Assembly (NCBI GenBank): GCA_002269645.1
Contig: NIVC01001843.1
Location: forward strand, 124,001 to 188,000
DNA from: Macrostomum lignano
Lineage: Eukaryota
Length of the DNA: 64,000 nt
Direction of reading: 5' to 3'
Shown: piece by piece, positions 11,406-32,200 of the stretch
Layout of the letters: the number at the start of each line of letters is the position of its first letter
Numbering within the stretch: position 1 is the stretch's first letter
The notes under the pieces: generated by a model
The model's input: the letters and a program-made list of their open reading frames with translations, nothing else
Told to the model about the DNA's origin: nothing
Databases searched by the model: none
Made by a program: the position numbers and the translations under genes

Positions 11406-11929
11406 CCAAACGATTTCCAGATCCTACATCTTACATTAGGCTCTCTGGACCATAACTGTTTAATTGGGTAGATTTAGCTTCTGGAATATGTTAGAAATTG
11501 AGAATCTCATCATCAATATACATAAAGGAGTGAAGAAGATACATGAACGTCTCTGTAGAAAACAAAATTATTAAATACGATGATGGAATAAAAAATGGCG
11601 GCTATGCAAAAGAGATCAGCTATCAAACAAGGAAGGCTGACTCATTCTTTTAGTAGGTCCAGTAGGCAAATTAGACCTCCGTATAATCCACGTATAAAAC
11701 GTATATTAATCGCTTAAGTTTAGAGAGATTCCCGTCAGAACAAATATAGATCATCACTGCCATCTGCTATCAATCAGTGCGGACTTGATGGCAGGTGCTA
11801 CCTCTAGGTCTACTATTAACCATACGGCTTTCGAATCGTACTTGATGTGACCTTGGTTTGACCCTGGAAAGTCGCGCAAGGTCAAGAAGCCATTTTAATC
11901 ACCGACAGTGCGTCAAAAAGCGATTGGCC

Positions 11930-12651
11930 TACTTTACCCTATTTTTACCCTAGTTTACCCTATAGTTTACCCTATAGTTTACCCTAGTTTACCCTATAGT
12001 TTACCCTAGTTTACCCTAGTTTACCCTATAATTTACCCTATAGTTTACCCTATAATTTACCCTAGTTTACCCTAGCTTACCCTAGTTTACCCTATAATTT
12101 ACCCTATAGTTTACCCTATAATTTACCCTAGTTTACCCTAGCTTACCCTAGTTTACCCTATAATTTACCCTAGTTTACCCTAGCTTACCCTAGTTTACCA
12201 TAGTTTACCCTAATTTACCCTAGCTTACCCTAGTTTACCATAGTTTACCCTATTTTACCCTAGTTTACCCTAGTTTACCCTAGTTTACCCTAGTTTACCC
12301 TAGTTTACCCTAGTTTACCCTAGTTTACCCTAGTTTACCCTAGTTTACCCTAGCTTACCCTAGTTTACCATAGTTTACCCTATTTTACCCTAGTTTACCC
12401 TAGTTTACCCTAGTTTACCCTAGTTTACCCTAGTTTACCCTATTTTACCCTAACTTACTCTAGTTTACCCTAGTTTACCCTAGTTTACCCTAGCTTACTC
12501 TAGCTTACCCTAGTTTACCCTAGTTTACCCTAGTTTACCCTAGTTTACCCTAGTTTACCCTAACTTACCCTAGTTTACCCTAGTTTACCCTAACTTACCC
12601 TAGTTTACCCTAGCTTACCCTAGCTTACTCTAGCTTACCCTAGTTTACCCA
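11930..12651. repeat. 10-bp minisatellite TTTACCCTAG (telomere-like CCCTA core)
   Basis: About 70 units with TA-insertion and GCTT/ACTT variants. Confidence 0.95.
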
Positions 12652-13028
12652 GTTTGCTCCAAAAACTGTTAGGAATCTTTCGCCTCTGAAAGCGCATCTC
12701 ACAGCTCCCATGAGGTCATCTATCATCGGGCCATCTCTATGCATGTATAAATACCGGAGTAACCCTTCACTATACTCGTAGATAAGGTTATTACGCAATC
12801 AACTGAGGATAATCAGGTTGGTTTTCTTTTGCGGAGAAGCTTTCACTGTCTCCTTCCCCTGCCCCTGTCTGATCAGTTTAACTCGCCATTGAGAGTCTGC
12901 GATGCAGGAGGCATAAATCAAAAGGAACAGGGGGGGGGGGGGGATCGAGACTTCCAAGTGACTAGACAAAATAAGGGAAAAGTTAATCAGCTTTCCCTGT
13001 AAGCTCTCTTTGATCCTTGTAAAAGTTG

Positions 13029-13029
<1 letters not shown>

Positions 13030-13070
<41 letters not shown>
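13030..13070. repeat. (AT)n microsatellite
   Basis: Read directly. Confidence 0.95.
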
Positions 13071-13073
<3 letters not shown>

Positions 13074-13645
13074 ACAGAATCGAATTCTATCCGACTGCCT
13101 AATCAGATTTTGTAGAATTTTTTCTCCCCTGGCAACAGAGGGCGCGATTTGAAACAAATTTAACCCTGGTATAAGATTTATATCGTTAAACCCTTGCAAG
13201 CACTTGACAGTTTGTTTCTATGAGGCAGCACAACTATAGCCAACTCTTTCTCAAAAGAAGAACTGAATATATCAGCTTGAGGTCATGACCTCTTACCTTG
13301 TCAATGCACAGATCTTATGGTCTGGGCCGGGTAAAGGTTGAATTTTACACGTAGAAAGATTCCGGACGTCGGAGCAAAGATCTATCATCAGTGCCACCTA
13401 CTATACTATCCATCAGTGCGGTGCTTGATGTCAGATGTACGTGTAGGTGCCACTATTAATAATTCGGCATTATTTCTTTCTAATGACCTTGACTTTACCC
13501 GTAGAAAATTGTGCAAAGCCAAAATATCCACCGAAAGCCAAGAACCGATCAGATGGATCAAAGTGGTGAAATCAGCTAAAATAACAACTATTTCTACATA
13601 AAATTACATACGAGCATAGAGATGCGGTAGCGTAGTGGTACCCTA

Positions 13646-14712
13646 GCTCACCCTATATTTTACCCTATAGTTTACTCTATAGTTAACCCTAAAGTTTACC
13701 CTATAGTTTACCCTTTAGTTTCTACAGTTTACCCTATAGTTTACCCTATAGTTTCCCTATAGTTTACCCTTTAGTTTCTATAGTTCACCCTATAGTTTAC
13801 CCTATAGTTTCTACAGTTTACCCTATAGTTTACCCTATAGTTTCTATAGTTTACCCTATAGTTTACCCTATAGTTTACCCTATAGTTTACCCTTTAGTTT
13901 CTATAGTTCACCCTATAGTTTACCCTATAGTTTCTATAGTTTACCCTATAGTTTACCCTATAGTTTACCCTATAGTTTACCCTATAGTTTACCCTATAGT
14001 TTACCCTATAGTTTACCCTATAGTTTACCCTTTAGTTTCTACAGTTTACCCTATAGTTTACCCTATAGTTTCCCTATAGTTTACCCTTTAGTTTCTATAG
14101 TTCACCCTATAGTTTACCCTATAGTTTCTACAGTTTACCCTATAGTTTACCCTATAGTTTCTATAGTTTACCCTATAGTTTACCCTTATAGTTTACCCTA
14201 TAGTTTACCCTATAGTTTACCCTTTAGTTTCTATAGTTCACCCTATAGTTTACCCTATAGTTTCTATAGTTTACCCTATAGTTTACCCTATAGTTTACCC
14301 TATAGTTTACCCTATAGTTTACCCTATAGTTTCTATAGTTTACCCTATAGTTTACCCTTATAGTTTACCCTATAGTTTACCCTATAGTTTACCCTATAGT
14401 TTCTACAGTTTACCCTATAGTTTACCCTATAGTTTACCCTATAGTTTACTCTATAGTTTACCCTATAGTTTACCCTATAGTTTACCCTATAGTTTACCCT
14501 TATAGTTTACCCTATAGTTTACCCTATAGTTTACCCTTTAGTTTCTATAGTGTACCCTATAGTTTACCCTATAGTTTCTATAGTTTACCCTATAGTTTAC
14601 CCCATAGTTTACCCTATAGTTTACCCTATAGTTTACCCTATAGTTTCTATAGTTTACCCTATAGTTTACCCTATAGTTCACCCTATAGTTCACCCTATAG
14701 TTTACCCTAGTT
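13646..14712. repeat. 12-bp minisatellite TTTACCCTATAG
   Basis: About 85-90 units with TTTCTA(T/C)AG deletion variants; explains ORF 14550-14738. Confidence 0.95.
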
Positions 14713-15113
14713 CACCGTCAGGTATATTTATTCATTAATTAATTCATATCTTCGTATCGAAGGCTGATTGATGCGTAATTGTTTCAAAAATGAAATTAAA
14801 TCAATCATCAAATTTAAAACCGTTTTCTTACATGTACGATCTTAAATAAAATTAATTTGATGACCAAAATTTGTATAACAATGCATTGATGTAAAAGCAA
14901 ATTTGGTATGTGTTTTAATTGTTGTTTGTTGAGTTTTTGTTCGATAATCTAACAAAAGTAACGTAATTTTGCTGTGTTGATCACCCAAATTTGGGACTTA
15001 TACAATTTGAGGCCTGTCGTGTGATTCAAAGCGATGAGGGCCAATCCCAAGGCAAGAGAGTGTACATGTTTGATGGTTAGAAAGTCAGAGGGCCGCTGTG
15101 TGAGCGTGTGTAT

Positions 15114-16092
<979 letters not shown>

Positions 16093-16272
16093 AGACCAAT
16101 TATCATTTCTGATATTCGAGCTATTGGATTATCAAGCTCATGCATTTCATATGCAAAGTTCGGCCTTCAAATACTAGTAAATTATTCAGACAACGCGAGT
16201 GTATGCAGGATACAACGGTAACTTCCAGTGCTCATTGGATTTGACTTTGCGTCACTGCAAAAATTGGAGCTT

Positions 16273-22835
<6,563 letters not shown>

Positions 22836-22967
22836 GATTCTTGTTTGAGAATAAATGCTTCAAGTTTTCTCAATTTTCTTGGAGAATTTGTGAAAAGAAA
22901 TGCTTAAAAATTGTTACCTATATTTAACTATGACGAGACACACACACACCTGCAAACTTAGTGACCG

Positions 22968-22983
22968 TTTATATCGCTTATCT
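22968..22983 (-). promoter_or_regulatory. Candidate amylase core promoter: GATA site (AGATAAG) next to a TATAAA box
   Basis: The minus strand reads CAGAGATAAGCGATATAAAC, ~135 bp upstream of the ATG. Motif match only. Confidence 0.4.
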
Positions 22984-23210
22984 CTGTGGACAGATTGAAA
23001 TTTAGATTTTCCAATTTGAAAAAAAGGTCACATTCAATGTAGCTAATTCCATGGGTTGGCAGTTTAGTTAGCAACAGATAAAAATACTTTGTTTACTTAG
23101 TGACAGAAACAGGGTTTTTACCCGAGGCTTGGTTTAGAAGATTGAGAGGCTCTATATATCCTAATTGCTTGAGCCAGGGAGTTTAACCTATATTGATCTT
23201 TTGTGTTTGA

Positions 23211-26200
23211 GCTGGGTATTTCAACCAATCTGAAGGTTGCTGAGTATCTCAACTGGTCTGAAGGTTGCTGAGTATCTCAACTGATCTGAAGGTTGTTGAG
23301 TATCTCAACTGATCTGAGTTTGTTGAGTATCTCAAATGATCTGAGGTTGTTGAGTATCTCAACTGATCTGAGGTTGTTGAGTATCTCAACTGATCTGAAG
23401 GTTGTTGAGTATCTCACTGATCTGAGGTTGTTGAGTATCTCAACTGATCTGAAGGTTTTTGAGTATCTCACTGATTTGAGGTTGTTGAGTATCTCAACTG
23501 ATCTGAGGTTGTTGAGTATCTCAACTGATCTGAGGTTGTTGAGTATCTCAACTGATCTGAAGGTTGTTGAGTATCTCAACTGATTTGAGGTTGTTGAGTA
23601 TCTCACTGATCTGAAGGTTGCTGAGTATCTCAACTGATCTGAGGTTGTTGAGTATCTCAACTGATCTGAGGTTGTTGAGTATCTCAACTGATCTGAAGGT
23701 TGCTGAGTATCTCAACTGATCTGAAGGTTGTTGAGTATCTCAACTGATCTGAGGTTGTTGAGTATCTCAACTGATCTGAGGTTGTTGAGTATCTCAACTG
23801 ATCTGAAGGTTGTTGAGTATCTCAACTGATCTGAGGTTGTTGAGTATCTCAACTGATCTGAGGTTGTTGAGTATCTCAACTGATCTGAGGTTGTTGAGTA
23901 TCTCAACTGATCTGAGGTTGTTGAGTATCTCAACTGATCTGAAGGTTGTTGAGTATCTCAACTGATTTGAGGTTGTTGAGTATCTCACTGATCTGAAGGT
24001 TGCTGAGTATCTCAACTGATCTGAGGTTGTTGAGTATCTCAACTGATTGAGGTTGTTGAGTATCTCACTGATCTGAAGGTTGCTGAGTATCTCAACTGAT
24101 CTGAGGTTGTTGAGTATCTCAACTGATCTGAGGTTGTTGAGTATCTCAACTGATCTGAAGGTTGCTGAGTATCTCAACTGATCTGAGGTTGTTGAGTATC
24201 TCAACTGATCTGAGGTTGTTGAGTATCTCAACTGATCTGAGGTTGTTGAGTATCTCAACTGATCTGAAGGTTGTTGAGTATCTCAACTGATTTGAGGTTG
24301 TTGAGTATCTCAACTGATCTGAGGTTGTTGAGTATCTCAACTGATCTGAGGTTGTTGAGTATCTCAACTGATCTGAAGGTTGTTGAGTATCTCAACTGAT
24401 TTGAGGTTGTTGAGTATCTCACTGATCTGAAGGTTGCTGAGTATCTCAACTGATCTGAGGTTGTTGAGTATCTCAACTGATCTGAGGTTGTTGAGTATCT
24501 CAACTGATCTGAAGGTTGCTGAGTATCTCAACTGATCTGAAGGTTGTTGAGTATCTCAACTGATCTGAGGTTGTTGAGTATCTCAACTGATCTGAGGTTG
24601 TTGAGTATCTCAACTGATCTGAAGGTTGTTGAGTATCTCAACTGATCTGAGGTTGTTGAGTATCTCAACTGATCTGAGGTTGTTGAGTATCTCAACTGAT
24701 CTGAAGGTTGTTGAGTATCTCAACTGATTTGAGGTTGTTGAGTATCTCAACTGATCTGAAGGTTGCTGAGTATCTCAACTGGTCTGAAGGTTGCTGAGTA
24801 TCTCAACTGATCTGAGTTTGTTGAGTATCTCAACTGATCTGAAGGTTGCTGAGTATCTCAACTGATCTGAAGGTTGCTGAGTATCTCAACTGATCTGAAG
24901 GTTGCTGAGTATCTCAACTGATCTGAAGGTTGCTGAGTATCTCAACTGATCTGAGTTTGTTGAGTATCTCAACTGATCTGAAGGTTGCTGAGTATCTCAA
25001 CTGATCTGAAGGTTGCTGAGTATCTCAACTGATCTGAAGGTTGTTGAGTATCTCAACTGATCTGAGGTTGTTGAGTATCTCAACTGATCTGAGGTTGTTG
25101 AGTATCTCAACTGATCTGAGGTTGTTGAGTATCTCAACTGATCTGAAGGTTGTTGAGTATCTCAACTGATCTGAGGTTGTTGAGTATCTCAACTGATCTG
25201 AAGGTTGCTGAGTATCTCAACTGATCTGAGGTTGTTGAGTATCTCAACTGATCTGAGGTTGTTGAGTATCTCAACTGATCTGAAGGTTGCTGAGTATCTC
25301 AACTGATCTGAAGGTTGTTGAGTATCTCAACTGATCTGAGGTTGTTGAGTATCTCAACTGATCTGAGGTTGTTGAGTATCTCAACTGATCTGAAGGTTGT
25401 TGAGTATCTCAACTGATCTGAGGTTGTTGAGTATCTCAACTGATCTGAAGGTTGTTGAGTATCTCAACTGATCTGAAGGTTGTTGAGTATCTCAACTGAT
25501 CTGAGGTTGTTGAGTATCTCAACTGATCTGAAGGTTGTTGAGTATCTCAACTGGTCTGAAGGTTGCTGAGTATCTCAACTGATCTGAAGGTTTCTGAGTA
25601 TCTCAACTGAGTATCTCAACTGATCTGAAGGTTGCTGAGTATCTCAACTGAGTATCTCAACTGATCTGAAGGTTGCTGAGTATCTCAACTGAGTATCTCA
25701 ACTGATCTGAAGGTTGTTGAGTATCTCAACTGATCTGAAGGTTGTTGAGTATCTCAACTGATCTGAAGGTTGTTGAGTATCTCAACTGATCTGAAGGTTG
25801 TTGAGTATCTCAACTGATCTGAAGGTTTTTGAGTATCTCAACTGATCTGAAGGTTGTTGAGTATCTCAACTGATCTGAAGGTTGTTGAGTATCTCAACTG
25901 ATCTGAAGGTTGTTGAGTATCTCAACTGATCTGAGGTTGTTGAGTATCTCAACTGATCTGAAGGTTGTTGAGTATCTCAACTGATCTGAGGTTGTTGAGT
26001 ATCTCAACTGATCTGAGGTTGTTGAGTATCTCAACTGATCTGAGGTTGTTGAGTATCTCAACTGATCTGAGGTTGTTGAGTATCTCAACTGATCTGAAGG
26101 TTGTTGAGTATCTCAACTGATTTGAGGTTTTTGAGTATCTCAACTGATCTGAGGTTGTTGAGTATCTCAACTGATCTGAGGTTGTTGAGTATCTCAACTG

Positions 26201-29200
26201 ATCTGAAGGTTGTTGAGTATCTCAACTGATCTGAGGTTGTTGAGTATCTCAACTGATCTGAAGGTTGTGAGTATCTCAACTGATCTGAGGTTGTTGAGTA
26301 TCTCAACTGATCTGAGGTTGTTGAGTATCTCAACTGATCTGAAGGTTGTTGAGTATCTCAACTGATCTGAAGGTTGTTGAGTATCTCAACTGATCTGAGG
26401 TTGTTGAGTATCTCAACTGATCTGAGGTTGTTGAGTATCTCAACTGATCTGAAGGTTGTTGAGTATCTCAACTGATCTGAGGTTGTTGAGTATCTCAACT
26501 GATCTGAAGGTTGTTGAGTATCTCAACTGATCTGAAGGTTGTTGAGTATCTCAACTGATCTGAGGTTGTTGAGTATCTCAACTGATCTGAAGGTTGCTGA
26601 GTATCTCAACTGGTCTGAAGGTTGCTGAGTATCTCAACTGATCTGAGGTTGTTGAGTATCTCAACTGATCTGAAGGTTGCTGAGTATCTCAACTGATCTG
26701 AAGGTTGCTGAGTATCTCAACTGATCTGAAGGTTGCTGAGTATCTCAACTGATCTGAAGGTTGCTGAGTATCTCAACTGATCTGAGTTTGTTGAGTATCT
26801 CAACTGATCTGAAGGTTGCTGAGTATCTCAACTGATCTGAAGGTTGCTGAGTATCTCAACTGGTCTGAAGGTTGTTGAGTATCTCAACTGATCTGAGGTT
26901 GTTGAGTATCTCAACTGATCTGAAGGTTGCTGAGTATCTCAACTGATCTGAAGGTTGCTGAGTATCTCAACTGATCTGAAGGTTGCTGAGTATCTCAACT
27001 GGTCTGAAGGTTGTGAGTATCTCAACTGATCTGAAGGTTGTGAGTATCTCAACTGATCTGAAGGTTGCTGAGTATCTCAACTGATCTGAGGTTGTTGAGT
27101 ATCTCAACTGATCTGAAGGTTGTTGAGTATCTCAACTGATCTGAAGGTTGCTGAGTATCTCAACTGGTCTGAAGGTTGTTGAGTATCTCAACTGATCTGA
27201 GGTTGTTGAGTATCTCAACTGATCTGAAGGTTGTTGAGTATCTCAACTGATCTGAGGTTGTTGAGTATCTCAACTGCTCTGAGTTTGTTGAGTATCTCAA
27301 CTGATCTGAAGGTTGTTGAGTATCTCAACTGATCTGAAGGTTGTTGAGTATCTCAACTGATCTGAGGTTGTTGAGTATCTCAACTGATCTGAGTTGTTGA
27401 GTATCTCAACTGATCTGAGGTTGTTGAGTATCTCAACTGATCTGAAGGTTGTTGAGTATCTCAACTGATCTGAGGTTTTGAGTATCTCAACTGATCTGAG
27501 GTTGTTGAGTATCTCAACTGATCTGAGGTTGTTGAGTATCTCAACTGATCTGAAGGTTGTTGAGTATCTCAACTGATCTGAGGTTGTTGAGTATCTCAAC
27601 TGATCTGAAGGTTGTTGAGTATCTCAACTGATCTGAGGTTGTTGAGTATCTCAACTGATCTGAGGTTGTTGAGTATCTCAACTGATCTGAAGGTTGTGAG
27701 TATCTCAACTGATCTGAAGGTTGTTGAGTATCTCAACTGATCTGAGGTTGTTGAGTATCTCAACTGATCTGAGGTTGTTGAGTATCTCAACTGATCTGAA
27801 GGTTGTTGAGTATCTCAACTGATCTGAGGTTGTTGAGTATCTCAACTGATCTGAAGGTTGTTGAGTATCTCAACTGGTCTGAAGGTTGTTGAGTATCTCA
27901 ACTGATCTGAGGTTGTTGAGTATCTCAACTGATCTGAAGGTTGTTGAGTATCTCAACTGATCTGAAGGTTGTGAGTATCTCAACTGATCTGAGTTGTTGA
28001 GTATCTCAACTGATCTGAAGGTTGTTGAGTATCTCAACTGATCTGAAGGTTGCTGAGTATCTCAACTGATCTGAAGGTTGCTGAGTATCTCAACTGGTCT
28101 GAAGGTTGCTGAGTATCTCAACTGATCTGAGGTTGTTGAGTATCTCAACTGATCTGAAGGTTGCTGAGTATCTCAACTGATCTGAAGGTTGCTGAGTATC
28201 TCAACTGGTCTGAAGGTTGTTGAGTATCTCAACTGATCTGAGGTTGTTGAGTATCTCAACTGATCTGAAGGTTGCTGAGTATCTCAACTGATCTGAAGGT
28301 TGCTGAGTATCTCAACTGATCTGAAGGTTGTGAGTATCTCAACTGATCTGAAGGTTGTGAGTATCTCAACTGATCTGAAGGTTGCTGAGTATCTCAACTG
28401 ATCTGAAGGTTGTGAGTATCTCAACTGATCTGAGTTGTTGAGTATCTCAACTGATCTGAAGGTTGTGAGTATCTCAACTGATCTGAAGGTTGTGAGTATC
28501 TCAACTGATCTGAAGGTTGTTGAGTATCTCAACTGATCTGAGGTTGTTGAGTATCTCAACTGATCTGAAGGTTGTTGAGTATCTCAACTGATCTGAGGTT
28601 GTTGAGTATCTCAACTGCTCTGAGTTTGTTGAGTATCTCAACTGATCTGAAGGTTGTTGAGTATCTCAACTGATCTGAAGGTTGTTGAGTATCTCAACTG
28701 ATCTGAGTTGTTGAGTATCTCAACTGATCTGAGGTTGTTGAGTATCTCAACTGATCTGAGGTTGTTGAGTATCTCAACTGATCTGAGGTTGTTGAGTATC
28801 TCAACTGATCTGAAGGTTGTTGAGTATCTCAACTGATCTGAAGGTTGTTGAGTATCTCAACTGATCTGAGGTTGTTGAGTATCTCAACTGATCTGAGGTT
28901 GTTGAGTATCTCAACTGATCTGAGGTTGTTGAGTATCTCAACTGATCTGAAGGTTGTTGAGTATCTCAACTGATCTGAAGGTTGTTGAGTATCTCAACTG
29001 ATCTGAGGTTGTTGAGTATCTCAACTGATCTGAAGGTTGTTGAGTATCTCAACTGATCTGAAGGTTGCTGAGTATCTCAACTGATCTGAAGGTTTCTGAG
29101 TATCTCAACTGAGTATCTCAACTGATCTGAAGGTTGCTGAGTATCTCAACTGAGTATCTCAACTGATCTGAAGGTTGTTGAGTATCTCAACTGATCTGAA

Positions 29201-32200
29201 GGTTGTTGAGTATCTCAACTGATCTGAAGGTTGTTGAGTATCTCAACTGATCTGAAGGTTGTTGAGTATCTCAACTGATCTGAAGGTTTTTGAGTATCTC
29301 AACTGATCTGAAGGTTGTTGAGTATCTCAACTGATCTGAAGGTTGTTGAGTATCTCAACTGATCTGAAGGTTGTTGAGTATCTCAACTGATCTGAGGTTG
29401 TTGAGTATCTCAACTGATCTGAGGTTGTTGAGTATCTCAACTGATCTGAAGGTTGTTGAGTATCTCAACTGATCTGAGGTTGTTGAGTATCTCAACTGAT
29501 CTGAGGTTGTTGAGTATCTCAACTGATCTGAGGTTGTTGAGTATCTCAACTGATCTGAGGTTGTTGAGTATCTCAACTGATCTGAAGGTTGTTGAGTATC
29601 TCAACTGATCTGAGGTTGTTGAGTATCTCAACTGATCTGAGGTTGTTGAGTATCTCAACTGATCTGAGGTTGTTGAGTATCTCAACTGATCTGAGGTTGT
29701 TGAGTATCTCAACTGATCTGAAGGTTGTTGAGTATCTCAACTGATCTGAGGTTGTTGAGTATCTCAACTGATCTGAGGTTGTTGAGTATCTCAACTGATC
29801 TGAGGTTGTTGAGTATCTCAACTGATCTGAAGGTTGTTGAGTATCTCAACTGATCTGAGGTTGTTGAGTATCTCAACTGATCTGAAGGTTTCTGAGTATC
29901 TCAACTGAGTATCTCAACTGATCTGAAGGTTGCTGAGTATCTCAACTGAGTATCTCAACTGATCTGAAGGTTGTGAGTATCTCAACTGAGTATCTCAACT
30001 GATCTGAAGGTTGTTGAGTATCTCAACTGATCTGAAGGTTGTTGAGTATCTCAACTGATCTGAAGGTTGTTGAGTATCTCAACTGATCTGAAGGTTGTTG
30101 AGTATCTCAACTGATCTGAAGGTTGTTGAGTATCTCAACTGATCTGAAGGTTGTTGAGTATCTCAACTGATCTGAAGGTTGTTGAGTATCTCAACTGATC
30201 TGAAGGTTGTTGAGTATCTCAACTGATCTGAGGTTGTTGAGTATCTCAACTGATCTGAGGTTGTTGAGTATCTCAACTGATCTGAAGGTTGTTGAGTATC
30301 TCAACTGATCTGAGGTTGTTGAGTATCTCAACTGATCTGAGGTTGTTGAGTATCTCAACTGATCTGAGGTTGTTGAGTATCTCAACTGATCTGAAGGTTG
30401 TTGAGTATCTCAACTGATCTGAGGTTGTTGAGTATCTCAACTGATCTGAGGTTGTTGAGTATCTCAACTGATCTGAGGTTGTTGAGTATCTCAACTGATC
30501 TGAAGGTTGTTGAGTATCTCAACTGATCTGAGGTTGTTGAGTATCTCAACTGATCTGAAGGTTGTTGAGTATCTCAACTGATCTGAGGTTGTTGAGTATC
30601 TCAACTGATCTGAGGTTGTTGAGTATCTCAACTGATCTGAAGGTTGTTGAGTATCTCAACTGATCTGAAGGTTGTTGAGTATCTCAACTGATCTGAGGTT
30701 GTTGAGTATCTCAACTGATCTGAGGTTGTTGAGTATCTCAACTGATCTGAAGGTTGTTGAGTATCTCAACTGATCTGAGGTTGTTGAGTATCTCAACTGA
30801 TCTGAAGGTTGTTGAGTATCTCAACTGATCTGAAGGTTGTTGAGTATCTCAACTGATCTGAGGTTGTTGAGTATCTCAACTGATCTGAAGGTTGTTGAGT
30901 ATCTCAACTGATCTGAAGGTTGTTGAGTATCTCAACTGATCTGAGGTTGTTGAGTATCTCAACTGATCTGAAGGTTGTTGAGTATCTCAACTGATCTGAA
31001 GGTTGTGAGTATCTCAACTGATCTGAAGGTTGTGAGTATCTCAACTGATCTGAAGGTTGTGAGTATCTCAACTGATCTGAGGTTGTTGAGTATCTCAACT
31101 GATCTGAAGGTTGTTGAGTATCTCAACTGATCTGAAGGTTGTGAGTATCTCAACTGATCTGAAGGTTGTTGAGTATCTCAACTGATCTGAGGTTGTTGAG
31201 TATCTCAACTGATCTGAAGGTTGTTGAGTATCTCAACTGATCTGAAGGTTGTGAGTATCTCAACTGATCTGAAGGTTGTTGAGTATCTCAACTGATCTGA
31301 AGGTTGTTGAGTATCTCAACTGATCTGAAGGTTGTTGAGTATCTCAACTGATCTGAAGGTTGTTGAGTATCTCAACTGATCTGAGGTTGTTGAGTATCTC
31401 AACTGATCTGAAGGTTGTTGAGTATCTCAACTGATCTGAAGGTTGTTGAGTATCTCAACTGATCTGAAGGTTGTTGAGTATCTCAACTGATCTGAGGTTG
31501 TTGAGTATCTCAACTGATCTGAAGGTTGTTGAGTATCTCAACTGATCTGAGGTTGTTGAGTATCTCAACTGATCTGAGGTTGTTGAGTATCTCAACTGAT
31601 CTGAAGGTTGTTGAGTATCTCAACTGATCTGAAGGTTGTTGAGTATCTCAACTGATCTGAGGTTGTTGAGTATCTCAACTGATCTGAGGTTGTTGAGTAT
31701 CTCAACTGATCTGAGGTTGTTGAGTATCTCAACTGATCTGAGGTTGTTGAGTATCTCAACTGATCTGAAGGTTGTTGAGTATCTCAACTGATCTGAAGGT
31801 TGTTGAGTATCTCAACTGATCTGAGGTTGTTGAGTATCTCAACTGATCTGAGGTTGTTGAGTATCTCAACTGATCTGAGGTTGTTGAGTATCTCAACTGA
31901 TCTGAAGGTTGTTGAGTATCTCAACTGATCTGAAGGTTGTTGAGTATCTCAACTGATCTGAGGTTGTTGAGTATCTCAACTGATCTGAAGGTTGTTGAGT
32001 ATCTCAACTGATCTGAAGGTTGCTGAGTATCTCAACTGATCTGAAGGTTTCTGAGTATCTCAACTGAGTATCTCAACTGATCTGAAGGTTGCTGAGTATC
32101 TCAACTGAGTATCTCAACTGATCTGAAGGTTGTTGAGTATCTCAACTGATCTGAAGGTTGTTGAGTATCTCAACTGATCTGAAGGTTGTTGAGTATCTCA

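Noticed and set aside
12666-13600. Solo LTR (TGTTAG or TGTCAC starts, internal TATAAATA)
   Set aside because: No matching inverted CA end with a TSD, PBS or PPT could be identified.
11930-14712. True telomere or interstitial telomeric sequence
   Set aside because: Units are 10 and 12 bp and are not CCCTAA. The arrays are internal and tied to a duplicated flank. Kept only as telomere-like.
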